This document shows positions 50,530 to 62,959 of a stretch of 64,000 bases of DNA, in pieces; the first letter of the stretch is position 1, and every line of letters begins with the position of its first letter. Source of the stretch: Mustelus asterias (lineage: Eukaryota); the NCBI RefSeq assembly GCF_964213995.1, contig NC_135830.1, forward strand, positions 5,394,001 to 5,458,000. Direction: 5' to 3'. The notes beneath the pieces were generated by a model. The model saw nothing but the letters and a program-made list of their open reading frames with translations, was not told where the DNA came from and ran no database searches. Both the position numbers and the translations under genes were made by a program.

Positions 50530-51775
50530 AGTCTAGTTCCTTTATCAACAACAACTACGAATGAAGTTTATATCAGTCAAGGTACTATATCAGTAATTAT
50601 CATTAACACACTGGACTTTGTTTCAGTTTAAACCTGTCTCAGTCCTGTATCAGTAATTATTACTAATACACTTGGCTCCATCGCAGTTCATATAAATCTC
50701 GGTCCAGTATCATTAATTACTCGGCGCTGTCTCAGTTCATGTCGCATAAGCTCCTATATCAGTAAAACTGCGCTAGACACTGTCTCAGTTTTCTTTTCCT
50801 TGGCAATGTCATTTTTTAAAATGTTTCTTTCATGCGATGTGGCTGTCATTGGAATTTGGCATTTGACCATCCCCACATGGCACTCGGCACTAACTCATTT
50901 CTATTTTGTTGGATCTGGCCCCTGTTTATATTAAAACACAGTCTGGTTCTGTTAATACTCTGCTAGATCGAAATTCAGTTTATATTGCACGAGACATTCT
51001 CTCTGGATACGTAATATTTGATACCGACCCTGTATACATTTCACTAGACTGTGTCAGTGTTATTCCTGCACTTAACTATAGCTGTTTGAATTATGTCTGT
51101 ATTACTACATGGTTCTGCGAGAAGAAGAGATAATATGTTGGGATAAAAACATTGTTATCAGGCAGGATCCAGAAACGGGCAGTATTGGATCGACAGTATT
51201 TGGTTGGTGCAGTCTTGGAGGGCCGATAGGCCTTTCCCTGTGCGGTGATTTTCTTTGTTTTTTTGTTCTTTATTGACAACGCATGCTACACAGGGCTTGG
51301 TATCCATTTTCAATGCAGTCAGCAGAAGTACATTTCAGATATCGCTTCTTCTTTTCCCGTGCCCAAAACCTCATAAAGTTTGCAGAGAATTGTATTCCCC
51401 CAACCACTTCCCTCATTACTGGCATTGCCCAGTGCAGTTAAAAACTGAGACCATGTCCAATACAATATAAACGTGGACAGGGTCAATTGCAGAAATAAGA
51501 CTGCATCTCGTTTAATGCAAATAGAGATAGGTCTATATTAATATAAACAGAGACAACGTCTCGCTTAATATGAACAGAAACATGGTAACGTATAATATAA
51601 CGTCTCACAGCGTCTAATTTAGTATAAACAGATGCAACATCCAGTTTCATATGAGTAGAGACAGGCAATATAATGTTGTACGTGCAATATAAAAATAGTT
51701 AGGGTCCAGTGAAAAATCAACAAAGGCATGGCTTCATAATATAAGCTGACAGAGGGTAAATTTACTGTAATATAG
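50530..51775. repeat. Degenerate minisatellites: ~60-bp units (50530-50790) and two oppositely oriented 27-bp arrays (about 50905-51110 and 51430-51775)
   Basis: Consensus near ctagaccctgtctctgtttatattgca and its reverse complement; 9-aa periodicity in spurious ORFs 50906 (+) and 51483 (-). Confidence 0.7.
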
Positions 51776-51855
51776 AACATAGAACATAGAACAGTACAGC
51801 ACAGAACAGGCCCTTCGGCCCACGATGTTGTGCCGACCTTCATCTGAAACCAAGA

Positions 51856-54762
51856 TCAAGCTATCCCACTCCCTACCATCCTGGTGTGCTCCATGTGCCT
51901 ATCCAATAACCGCTTAAATGTTCCTAAAGTGTCTGACTCCACTATCACTGCAGGCAGTCCATTCCACACCCCAACCACTCTCTGCGTGAAGAACCTACCT
52001 CTGATATCCTTCCTATATCTCCCACCATGAACCCTATAGTTATGCCCCCTCGTAATAGCTCCATCCACCCGAGGAAATAGTCTTTGAACGTTCACTCGAT
52101 CTATCCCCTTCATCATTTTATAAACCTCTATTAAGTCTCCCCTCAATCTCCTCCGCTCCAGAGAGAACAGCCCCAGCTCCCTCAACCTTTCCTCATAAGA
52201 CCGACACTCCAAACCAGGCAGCATCCTGGTAAATCTCCTCTGCACTCTTTCCAGCGCTTCCACATCCTTCTTATAGTGAGGTGACCAGAACTGCACGCAA
52301 TATTCCAAATGCGGTCTCACCAAGGTCCTGTACAGTTGCAGCATAACCCCACGGCTCTTAAACTCCAACCCCCTGTTAATAAAAGCTAACACACTATATG
52401 CCTTCTTCACAGCTCTATCCACTTGAGTGGCAACCTTTAGAGATCTGTGGATATGGACCCCAAGATCTCTCTGTTCCTCCACAGTCTTCAGAACCCTACC
52501 TTTGACCCTGTAATCCACATTTAAATTAGTCCTACCAAAATGAATCACCTCACATTTATCAGGGTTAAACTCCATTTGCCATTTTTCAGCCCAGCTTTGC
52601 ATTCTATCTATGTCTCTTTGCTGCCTACAACACCCCTCCACCTCATCCACTACTCCACCAATCTTGGTGTCATCAGCAAATTTACTGATCCACCCTTCAG
52701 CCCCCTCCTCTAAGTCATTAATAAAAATCACAAAGAGCAGAGGACCAAGCACCGATCCCTGCGGCACTCCGCTAGCAACCTGCCTCCAGTCCGAAAATTT
52801 TCCATCCACCACCACCCTCTGTCTTCGATCAGATAGCCAGTTACCTATCCAATCGGCCAACTTTCCCTCTATCCCACACCTCCTTACTTTCATCATAAGC
52901 CGACCATGGGGGACCTTATCAAACGCCTTACTAAAATCCATGTATATGACATCAACCGCCCTACCTTCATCAACACACCTAGTTACCTCCTCAAAAAATT
53001 CTATCAAATTTGTGAGGCACGATTTGCCCTTCACAAATCCGTGCTGACTATCCCGGATTAATCCGCATCTTTCTAAATGGTCGTAAATCCCATCCCTAAG
53101 GACCTTTTCCATCAATTTACCAACCACCGAAGTCAGACTAACCGGTCTATAATTACCAGGGTCATTTCTATTCCCTTTCTTAAACAGAGGAACAACATTT
53201 GCCACTCTCCAGTCCTCTGGCACCATCCCCGTGGACAGCGAGGACCCAAAGATCAAAGCCAAAGGCTCTGCAATCTCATCCCTCGCCTCCCAAAGAATCC
53301 TAGGATACATTTCATCAGGCCCAGGGGACTTATCGACCTTCAGTTTATTCAAAACTGCCAATACATCCTCCCTCCGAACATCTATTTCCTCCAGCCTATT
53401 AGCCTGTAACACCTTCTCTTCCTGAAAAACATGGCCCCTCTCCTTGGTGAACACTGAAGAAAAGTATTCATTCATCACCTCGCCTATCTCTACTGATTCC
53501 ATACACAAGTTCCCACCACTGTCCTTGACCGGCCCTAACCTCACCCTGGTCATTCTTTTATTCCTCACATAAGAGTAAAAAGCCTTGGGGTTTTGCTTGA
53601 TCCGACCCGCCAAGGACTTCTCATGTCCCCTCCTAGCTCTCCTCAGCCCCTTTTTCAGCTCGTTCCTTGCTAACTTGTAACCCTCAGTCGAGCCATCTGA
53701 ACCTTGTTTCCTCATCCCTACATAAGCTTCCCTCTTCCTTTTCACAAGACATTCCACCTCTTTTGTGAACCACGGTTCCCTCACTCGGCCATTTCCTCCC
53801 TGCCTGACAGGGACATACCTATCAAGGACACCCAGTATTTGTTCCTTGAAAAAGTTCCACTTTTCATCAGTGCCTTTCCCTGACAGTTTCTGTTCCCATC
53901 TTATGCCCCCTAATTCTTGCCTAATCGCATCATAATTACCTCTCCCCCAATTGTAAGCCTTGCCCTGCCGTCCGGCCCTATCCCTCTCCATTGCAATAAC
54001 AAAAGACACCGAATTGTGGTCACTATCTCCAAAGTTCTCTCCCACAACCAAATCTAACACTTGGCCCGGTTCATTTCCCAGTACCAAATCCAATGTGGCC
54101 TCACCCCTTGTCGGCCTATCCACATATTGTGTCAGGAAACCCTCCTGCACACACTGCACAAAAAGTGCCCCATCCAAACTATTTGACCTACAAAGGTTCC
54201 AATCAATATTTGGAAAGTTAAAGTCCCCCATGACAACTACCCTGTGACCCCCACACGTATCCATAATCTGCTTAGCAATTTCTTCCTCCACATCTCTATT
54301 ACTATTTGGGGGCCTATAGTAAACTCCTAGCAACATGACCGCTCCTTTCCTGTTTCTAACTGCAGCCCATATTACCTCAGTGTGCATATCCCCCTCAAAG
54401 TGCTTTTCCGCAGCCGTTAAACTATCCTTGATTAACAATGCTACTCCTCCACCTCTTTTACCAGCTTCCCTACACTTACTGAAACATCTATACCCCGGAA
54501 CGTCCAACAACCATTCCTGTCCTTGTTCTACCCACGTCTCCGTAATGGCCACAACATCGTAGTCCCAAGTAGCAATCCACGCCCCAAGTTCATCCACCTT
54601 GTTCCGGATGCTCCTTGCATTGAAGTAGACACACTTCAACACATCTTCCTGTCTACCGGTACCCACCCTTGACCTTGATACCTTCCCCAATACCTCACCA
54701 CCCTCAACACTGACTTCTGGACTACAACTCCTTTTCCCACTCCCCTGACAAATTAGTTTAAA
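51856..54762 (-). CDS. LINE ORF2: APE endonuclease and reverse transcriptase, no stops
   Basis: YFNARS, ITETW, YRPP, GDFN and SDH (APE); DFSKAFD, GVPQGS and FADD (RT). No AUG before the APE domain. Confidence 0.93.
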   Translation of the reverse strand, partial: FKLICQGSGKRSCSPEVSVEGGEVLGKVSRSRVGTGRQEDVLKCVYFNARSIRNKVDELGAWIATWDYDVVAITETWVEQGQEWLLDVPGYRCFSKCREAGKRGGGVALLIKDSLTAAEKHFEGDMHTEVIWAAVRNRKGAVMLLGVYYRPPNSNRDVEEEIAKQIMDTCGGHRVVVMGDFNFPNIDWNLCRSNSLDGALFVQCVQEGFLTQYVDRPTRGEATLDLVLGNEPGQVLDLVVGENFGDSDHNSVSFVIAMERDRAGRQGKAYNWGRGNYDAIRQELGGIRWEQKLSGKGTDEKWNFFKEQILGVLDRYVPVRQGGNGRVREPWFTKEVECLVKRKREAYVGMRKQGSDGSTEGYKLARNELKKGLRRARRGHEKSLAGRIKQNPKAFYSYVRNKRMTRVRLGPVKDSGGNLCMESVEIGEVMNEYFSSVFTKERGHVFQEEKVLQANRLEEIDVRREDVLAVLNKLKVDKSPGPDEMYPRILWEARDEIAEPLALIFGSSLSTGMVPEDWRVANVVPLFKKGNRNDPGNYRPVSLTSVVGKLMEKVLRDGIYDHLERCGLIRDSQHGFVKGKSCLTNLIEFFEEVTRCVDEGRAVDVIYMDFSKAFDKVPHGRLMMKVRRCGIEGKLADWIGNWLSDRRQRVVVDGKFSDWRQVASGVPQGSVLGPLLFVIFINDLEEGAEGWISKFADDTKIGGVVDEVEGCCRQQRDIDRMQSWAEKWQMEFNPDKCEVIHFGRTNLNVDYRVKGRVLKTVEEQRDLGVHIHRSLKVATQVDRAVKKAYSVLAFINRGLEFKSRGVMLQLYRTLVRPHLEYCVQFWSPHYKKDVEALERVQRRFTRMLPGLECRSYEERLRELGLFSLERRRLRGDLIEVYKMMKGIDRVNVQRLFPRVDGAITRGHNYRVHGGRYRKDIRGRFFTQRVVGVWNGLPAVIVESDTLGTFKRLLDRHMEHTRMVGSGIA

Positions 54763-55590
54763 TCCCCCTGAAGAGCCGTAGCAAATTTCCCTCCCAGGAT
54801 ATTGGTGCCCCTCTGGTTCAGGTGCACCCCGTCCTGTTTGTAGAGGTCCCACCTTCCCCAGAACGTGTTCCAATTATCCACGTATCTGAAACCCTCCCTC
54901 CTGCACCATCCCTGCAACCACATGTTTAAGTGCACTCTCTCCCTGTTCCTCAACTCGCTATCACGTGGCACCGGTAGCGTACCAGAGATGACCACATGTT
55001 TTGTCTTTGCTCTCAGCTTCCAGCCGAGCTCCCGAAATTCCTGTTTTAAATCCCCGTCCCTCCTCTTACCTATGTCGTTGGTACCAATGTGTACCATGAC
55101 TTGTGACTGTTTCCCCTCCCCCTTAAGAATCCGGAAAACACGGTCCGAGACGTCACGGACCCTGGCATCCGGTAGGCAACAAACCATCCTCGAGTCTCTT
55201 TTGCTGCCACAGAACCTCCTATCTATCCCTCTAACTAACGAGTCCCCAATAACTATTGCCCTCCCGCTCTCCTCCTTACCCTCCTGAGCCACAGGGACGG
55301 ACTCAGTGCCGGAGATCCTCTCACTGCGGCTCACCACTGGTATGTCGTCCCCCTCAACCGTATCCAAAGCGGAATACTTATTGCTAAGGGGAACGACCAC
55401 AGGGGATCCCTGCACCGACTGCTTCTTCCCAGCCCCTCTCACCGTCACCCATCTATTTTCATTCCGCGGAGTAACTGTATCCCTGAAGCTTCTGTCTATG
55501 GCCATCTCTGCATCCCTAATGATCCTAAGTTCCTCCAACTCCAGCTCCAGTTCCCTTACACGGTTTTGGAGGAGCTGCAGATGGATGCAG
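54753..55590 (-). CDS. LINE ORF1, partial: coiled coil and SGNH/GDSL esterase domain
   Basis: IVIGDSL, HIGTND and DGVHLN blocks. Confidence 0.88.
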
Positions 55591-55654
55591 ATGGATATAA
55601 AGAGACTGGTTCAACCCCAGGAAATTTGTAGAGACGGCCGACTATCCCATCAAA

Positions 55655-56215
55655 AGCTTACAGGACAGGAGTAACGTGGTGTTAGCTGAAGAATGCAAAG
55701 TTCCCTCTGCATTGCCAAATTAAACCCTCCCAAGGCAGGAATAGCATGAGTTACATACAAAGTGAATCTCGCTCTATACTATCCAAATCAAACATTCCCA
55801 GAACAGTATACTGTCTAGAAAGAGAGTGAAACTCCCTCTACAAAGTCTGCTCAAACAAAATGAAGGCAGACAGAGCAGTAACTCTCTTCTACGTATAACC
55901 TCTTCTGCACTCTTCCTTCAGAGATTCGGGAGGCAGATTTAAATTAGTGTTAGGTACAGGGAAAAGAGCTGTCTACATAGTGCCATAAAACACACCCAGG
56001 TCAGGTACATCAGAGATGAGATACGGATTAAATCTTCCTTGACAAAGTCATATCAAACATTCAAAAGGAAGGTACAGTGAGTTTAGATGCAGAGTAAATA
56101 TTCCAAAGACAGGGACAGCAGCGGCTAAATATGGGGACAGATCCTTTGGTACTGCCACATTGAATCCTTATCACCAGGTTAGATACAGAGGAAAATGTAT
56201 CAAATATACCAAGAT
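55655..56215. repeat. Degenerate ~68-bp tandem repeat
   Basis: Recurrent ttagatacagagtaaa..ctccctctac...atcaaacactcccagg.caggtaca-like units. Confidence 0.65.
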
Positions 56216-56844
56216 CAAAGAATGCTCAAGAGATCTTTTAGAGTCAAGCTCTTTCACAGATTCCAATTCATTGAGTTAAATTCTTTTAGAAGTCTATAAC
56301 TCCGGCTGAGAGAACACATTGGGTAGACATTGACTTCATGTTGTGGAGTGAAGGTGACGAACCATTGTGGGGAGATCAGACACTGAAACAGACAGGAGAA
56401 AGACAGAGAGATGAAACAGGAAATTTCAATGAATACATTTGCCGTGTTATTATATTTCGGGATCAGAGGGATGTTTTCCTAATTCTGGACATAGATATCA
56501 TCATGAAGTTTTTCCTCATGCAATTTAAAATCATAGCTTTCAATAATATTGAAAAACAATCGTTACTGGAATCCGTTGATTGATTTGCATGTTTGTCTCT
56601 ATTTCTGTGCTGTGTTCGTGGGGAAATATTTGTTGTGTTTTTGTCAGTCAACAATCTAATCTGGGATTTCTATTTCTGTATTTATTTACATAAACACCTC
56701 ACTGTTTACAATGAAATGTTCATGGCAGCAAAACCATAAACCGTCACTTATTGATCTGTTTCAAATCAAAATAGCGTTTATTTTAAGAATATTAACAGTT
56801 GATTCAAAATTAATAGAAACTTTTTGAACATTCATTACACAAGA

Positions 56845-57856
56845 TACAAAGTAGCAAAGATTAGTGGGAAAATAGAGCATTTGGAAATCTTTAAAGGTCA
56901 ACAGAAAGCCACGAAGAAAGCTATAAGGAAAAGTAAGATGGATGATGAAAGTAAACTAGCTTAGAATATAAAAACAGATATCAAATGTTTCTACAAATAT
57001 ATAAAGCAAAAAGAAAGAGTGGCTAAAGTAAACATTGGTCCTTTAGATGATGACAAGGGGGATGTAATAACTGGAAATGAAGAAATTCAGAGATTTTGAA
57101 CATATAGTCATTGGAATTCAGAAGAGTGCCGGGAGAATCTTATAGAAGCATATAAGATTAGGAAGGGAATTAATAAGATAGAAGCGGGAAGTTCATAGAA
57201 TCATAGAAACCCTACAGTGCAGAAGGAGGCCATTCGGCCCATCGAGTCTGCACCGACCACAATCCCACCCAGGCCCTACCCCCACGCTAATCCCACTAAC
57301 CTACACATCCCAGGACTCTAAGGGGCAATTTTTTTAACCTGGCCAATCAACATAACCCGCACATCTTTGGACTGTGGGAGGAAACCGGAGCACCCGGAGG
57401 AAACCCACGCAGACACGAGGAGAATGTGCAAACTCCACACAGACAGTGACCCGAGCCGGGAATCGAACCCGGGACCCTGGAGCTGTGAAGCAGCAGTGCT
57501 AACCACTGTGCTACCGTGCCGCCCTAGTTTCCACTGGCAGGTGAAACCAGAACTAGGGGGCATAGCCTCAAAATAAGGAGGAGCAGATTTAGCACTCAGT
57601 TGAGGAGGAAATTCTTCACACAAAGGATTGTGAATCTGTGGAATTCCCTGCCCAGTGAAGCAGTGGAGGCTACCTCATTGAATGCTTTTAAGGCAAGGAA
57701 AAATACATTTCTGAACAGTAAAGTAACTATGGGTTATGGTGTGCAGGCTGATAAGTGGAGCCGAGTCCACAAAAAGGTAGGCCATGATCTTATTCAATGG
57801 CGGAGCAGGATCGAGGCGCCAGTTGGCCTACTTCAGCTCCTAGTTCTTACATTCCT
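56845..57856 (+). mobile_element. CR1-type LINE pieces truncating the pseudo-VH, with a nested SINE
   Basis: ORF 57600.. RRKFFTQRIVNLWNSLP; tail ends near 57856. Confidence 0.85.
57194..57524 (-). mobile_element. V-SINE family A, full length
   Basis: Near-identical to the reverse complement of 19045-19383. Confidence 0.9.
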
Positions 57857-58014
57857 AAGATACTACAAACACTGTCCAGGGACCTGTCTGACCCAGACAC
57901 CCAGTTGCTGCCATGGGTAAAGCCACGCGATGGCTTTCCAGGTCAGTCTCAGGGAGCCTCAGGGACGCCCGGTTTCTGCCTCTGGCTGAGCCAACACAAT
58001 ATCTGATTCGACAC
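57857..58014 (-). pseudogene. IGHV: Pseudo-VH fragment (FR1 to FR2)
   Basis: [25 protein letters not shown]...WVRQVPGQCL*YL; stops, Cys to Trp, indels, acceptor AG lost, no FR3 or RSS. Confidence 0.9.
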
Positions 58015-58034
58015 TTTTACAAATATGAAAGAAA

Positions 58035-58350
58035 AACATGTAAGAACAACGCCACGCACCCCGGACATACTCTCTCGCCTTTTTCCATCGCGATGATGCA
58101 AAAGCTTGAGGACATTTATAAACCGAGTCAAAAACAGTTTCTTTCCTGCTGCATTCAGACTTTTGAATGGACCTACCTCGCATGAAGTTGATCTTTTTCT
58201 ACACCCTAGCTATGACTGTAACATTACATTCTATACTCTCTCCCTTTCTTCCCTATGTACAGTATGCTCTGTCTATATAGTGAACACGAAACAATAACTT
58301 TCACTGTGTAGTAATATGTGTGATAATAATAAATCAAATGAAATCAAATA
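58035..58350 (+). mobile_element. Rex1/Babar-like LINE 3' end
   Basis: THPGH...NRVKNSFFPAAFRLLNG and (aaatc)n tail. Confidence 0.7.
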
Positions 58351-58767
58351 AAATTTATCAAAAATACCGAGGATTACTCCCGGTGAATTGATTGCTGACA
58401 CTGGAACATTCCAGAAACAGACTAATACTGAGGCAGTAAGATTGAGATCCATTGTAATGTCTCTGTAAGTCCAAGGGGTGAAATTGCATTTGATTATCTG
58501 TTATATAAAAGAAACAATTTCATTGTAAATTAAATACCTTCATTTCTGCACCCCTTCACAAGGGAATAGACATAAACAAGGTGACATTATCTTATCAGGG
58601 TAAAGACGTCAGTCAGATTTGCAATAATTCTGTGTCTCTAACACATTGCAGCAAAATAATAATTCATGAGAGGAATTATTATCGATTTATGTAACTACAT
58701 GCTGGGATGATTGTATTTCAGGTGTGGATAGCTATCCGTGTAATTTGGGACTGGATATAAGCAAAAA

Positions 58768-59398
58768 GGGAAGCAATGGCTTAGTGTTATTATCGCTACA
58801 CAATTAATCCACAAACTCAACTAATGTTCTCAGGATCCGGCTTCGAATCCCGCCACGACAGATGGTGGAATTTAAATTCAGTAAAAACGTCTGGACTTAG
58901 GAATCTACTTATGATCATGATATCATTGTCGAGTGTCTTCAGTAATGTCCTTTAGAGAAGGAAATCTGCAGTCCTTGCCTGGCTGGCCTACATGTGATTC
59001 CAGAGCCACAGCAATGTGGTTGGCTCTCATCTGCCCTCGGACAAGGAGTGGGCAATAAATCCTGATCGTCCAGCGGCATCCATGTCCATAGAATCCCTAC
59101 AGAGCAGAAGGAGGCCATTTGGCCCATTAGGCCTGCACCGACAACATTCCCACGCAGGCCCTATCCCCATCACCCCACGTATATTCGCTGCTCATTCCCC
59201 TGGCATCATGGAAGAATTTATCATCGCCAATCAACCTAAGCGGCACATCTTCGGACCGTGTGAGTAAATAGGCAGACAATTGGAGGACGTGCAGACTCCA
59301 CACAGACAGAGACTCTACGCAGATCCAAACCGGGAATTGAATCCGGGTCCCTTGCGTTGTGCGGCAGCAGTGCTAACAACTATGCCACCGTGCCGTCC
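58768..59398. mobile_element. SINE family B (+, to about 59085) abutting a V-SINE family A copy (-)
   Basis: Similarity to the other copies in this window. Confidence 0.75.
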
Positions 59399-62072
59399 AT
59401 GAATGAATTGAAAAAAGAAACTCCTCATATGATACAATGTTACACCTCATATTTCCCCAACAGCTCCTTAACCCTGTGAAAATTAACAGTGAAAGAAACC
59501 TGGTTGACTTATAATTAATTGAGTTGACAGAGATACATAAAATTGAAATCGATTTGGACAGAGAAATTAATGAATCAGAACCAACACGGCGATCAGGAAA
59601 GTTCTCCTTTAGCATCCCAATCATTACAGCTCATTTTATTGGCCACCGCTGTCTAACATTCATTCGTCGTGGGAACACAGGATATCAGGACTTTGCGGCA
59701 TTTTGCACAATATCACAAGAGTAAATGTTTTATCTTCCACTGAACCAGGTTATGAACTGGTCATTTCTTCACTCATTGGCAGCTATGAGAGGGACTGTTA
59801 AATAATCGAAATCAGGTTATGCTGCACAACAGAACATGGTGCCAATCACGTATAATTGACGTTGTCTTTTTAAAGAGGTGTAGAACACTGAGAATATTCC
59901 AGGAATCCGCGCTGTTCAAGGCAGTTATATGACTTTCTTTTACTTTTAATTATTTTAATTTTGGGCCATTACACTGATCTCGTTGGACTGAGGGATTGGG
60001 GACATCAAAATCTCTTTCGTGCACTTCATGAAGTTGCTCACAAAGTGGATTTAATTGTTGGAACGACATTTATTTGCAAGTTATACAAATGAAATAGCAA
60101 CTAGCCAATTTACTAGTTTCCGATACTGTTTAATCACATAATGAACAGTGCATTCATTTAAAATATTTGCTGAGAATACCATTTAAAACGTGTCTTTCTT
60201 GTGGGAATCAAACATTTATTATATAACTGGCTAAGTCCCATTTTATTCTTACAGATTCACGTTAATCTGTCCCACGCAGTATTTGGCAGCAGTCCAACCT
60301 GCTGCCAAATACCCGAAGATATTTACAGGAAGCATCTGAGGGTGTTTGTTCAGAAACTCAAAGATCTGTTTCCTCAGCACTGAGCGCTTGGCTGCAAGCC
60401 AACTTCAAACTCTCAACATTGTCAATGGGGCCTATTTATAAACAAATCTGCCCAGCAACAGTACTGGAGGCAAGTTAATTATTGTTTAAGTTGTAAACCT
60501 ATATAAATGCTTCCCATTTCTTTGGAAAAGAAAGTTTCCAGCTTCTCTGGCACCTTGTTAGCAACAATGATGATCTCTCCAACACAACAAAATACTGTGA
60601 ACGATGGATAAAAATAAACACAGGCAGATTGTGAGAGTTGATTCAGAGAGGTGATACATTTTATAATACATAAACATGTATGCTTGTGTTTTATTTCACT
60701 TTTTTCTTCCATGGGAGCCTCTGGAAAGACCAACATTTGTTTCCTGTGCTTAATTTATTTTGAACTGAGTGGTGTGTTAGGACATTTCAGAAGGCATTGC
60801 CCAGTTACGCATACTGCTGTCCGTCTGGAGTCACACCCTGGTGAGACTAAGTAGGGATGGCAGATTTCCTTGATTGGGGAATCAGAGTGGTTCATCTGGT
60901 CGCTGCAAATATGAATCCAGATTTATTGATTGAAATCAAATTCCACCAGCTGCCATGGTCGGATTTAATCTCGCGTTCACACATCACTGGCCTGGGCTTC
61001 TGGATTACTGCTCCACTGGCATTAATATTACGCCACCATCGACACAAGAAATAAATAAATGCCTGTGTTGATGCAGGGATGAACGATAGTTGGCTGCCTG
61101 AATGTTTTCATCGAGGAATCAGTGAATGGACTGATGGATGTGATGATAGCTGGTCCTGACATTTGTTGTTCCACATTCGCACACTTGTGTTTTACTACTT
61201 CAAAAATCGAGGCTGGTCCTTTATTACAATTGTGTCAGTCCACAACCTTTAATCCTTCCAGATTTTCTGGGTGAATTCCATCCCAGGGACATGCGGAACA
61301 AATGAATTGAACGTCACTAAGAGTAGTCTGATTCCCCCCCCCCCCCCCCCCCTGCTGATGGTGAATCTCCAAATGCAAGATGGAAAGAGGGAACATGATT
61401 AGGTTGATGAGGGAAGATTGTAATATTTGGAACATGTGGCCTTCCTAGTGCAACAAAATCACTCAACAGATCATCACCCAAATTAGTGAAGATAATACGC
61501 TAAAAAATAAACGATGTGGCAACTACAATATTGTGAAACTCACTGGACAGCTTGAAGTTTTAAATTACTTGCCAGAACTTTGTAAAAATGAATCGGGATT
61601 TTAAGCGTCTATAAATTCACATTAGATACAGATACTTTCAGTTGTACAGTCATTTTTAAAATGGTCACACACTCCAGTTATATATCAGGAGTTTCTGTGT
61701 GATGATGAGGTCATTACTTGTTAATAAAGCGCAGAGGCTGCTGGGTAGCTGCTACTATTTGGCTGATTTAATTCAATTTCCCGCTGAATTCTGGGGCAGA
61801 TTTGTTTCTTTCGTGACAGAAAGGCCAATGTTATCTCAATACATTTGAATCTGCAGTTTCATAAACTGCAATTATATTTGCATCAAATAAAATACTGACA
61901 ATAATTGGTGAAATATTAATTTATTTTTGTGAATTGAAGGTTGTTGGTAATATTGACGCCAGGCAATGATCATCTCCAAAAAGGGAGAACCGACCCATTG
62001 CCCCTTGTCACTCAATGATATTATGATACTGAATCACCCACTATAAACATCGGCGGGGTTACCATTGGCTAA

Positions 62073-62915
62073 TAAGAACATAAGAACATAAGAAATAGGA
62101 GCAGGAGTAGGCCATCAAGCCCCTCGAGCCTGCCCCGCCATTCAATAAGACCATGGCTGATCTGATAGTGGTTTAGTTCCACTTACCTGCCCGCTCCCCA
62201 TAACCCTTAATTCCCTTATTGATCAGAGATCTATCTACCTGTGACTTCAGCATATTTAACGAGGTAGCCTCCACTGCTTCAATGGGCAGAGAATTCCAGA
62301 GATTCACTACCCTCTGAGAGAAGAAGTTGCCCCTCAACTCTGTTCTAAACTGACTCCCCCTTATTTTGAGACTGTGTCCTCTAGTTCTTGTTTCCTTTCT
62401 AAGTGGAAAGGATCTCTCTGCCTCTACCCTGTCTAGCCACTTCATTATCTTATATGTCTCTATAAGATCTCCCCTCAGCCTTCTAAACTCCAACGAGTAC
62501 AGGCCCAATCTACACAATCTCTCCTCATAAGCTAACCCCCTCATCTCTGGTATCAACCTGGTGAACCTTCTCTGTACTCCCTCCAAAGCCAATATATCCT
62601 TCCGCAAATAAGGGAAATAAAATTGCACACAGTACTCTAGTTGCGGCCTCACCAGTACCTTGTACAACTTCAGCAAGACCTCCCTGCTTTTATACTCCAT
62701 CCCCTTCGCAATAAAGGCCAACATTCCATTTGCCTTCTTGATCACCTGCTGCACCTGCAAACTGAGTTTTTGCGATTCATGCACAAGGACCCCCAGGTCC
62801 CTCTGTACAGTAGCATGTTGTAATTTTTCACCGTATAAATAATAGTCCATTTTACTATTATTCCTTCCAAAGCGGATAACCTCACACTTGTCAACGTTAT
62901 ACTCCATCTGCTGCA
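62073..62915 (-). mobile_element. CR1-type LINE 3' fragment
   Basis: ORF 62173..62916; same subfamily as 16593-19043. Confidence 0.9.
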
Positions 62916-62959
62916 TTATAATCGCTGCATTAACTAGGTATATAAATGCTCCGGCTAGA

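Larger units (their letters stand above)
51772..55590 (-). mobile_element. Near-complete young CR1-type (HER1-like) LINE, 5'-truncated within ORF1
   Basis: ORF1 remnant, intact ORF2, 3' UTR and (ttctatg)n tail. Confidence 0.95.

Noticed and set aside
54763-54873. ORF-track N-terminus MEHVLG of the 1005-aa ORF
   Set aside because: It starts at TTG inside ORF1 and is an artefact of alternative-start calling in a eukaryote.
50530-56215. CRISPR-like repeat-spacer array
   Set aside because: The repeats are contiguous and degenerate, without unique spacers, in a vertebrate context.
56250-56410. Strong minus-strand acceptor-like tract (AG at 56384-56383) as a relic Ig exon
   Set aside because: The frames I translated give no Ig-domain, TM or tailpiece motif, and I see no matching donor.
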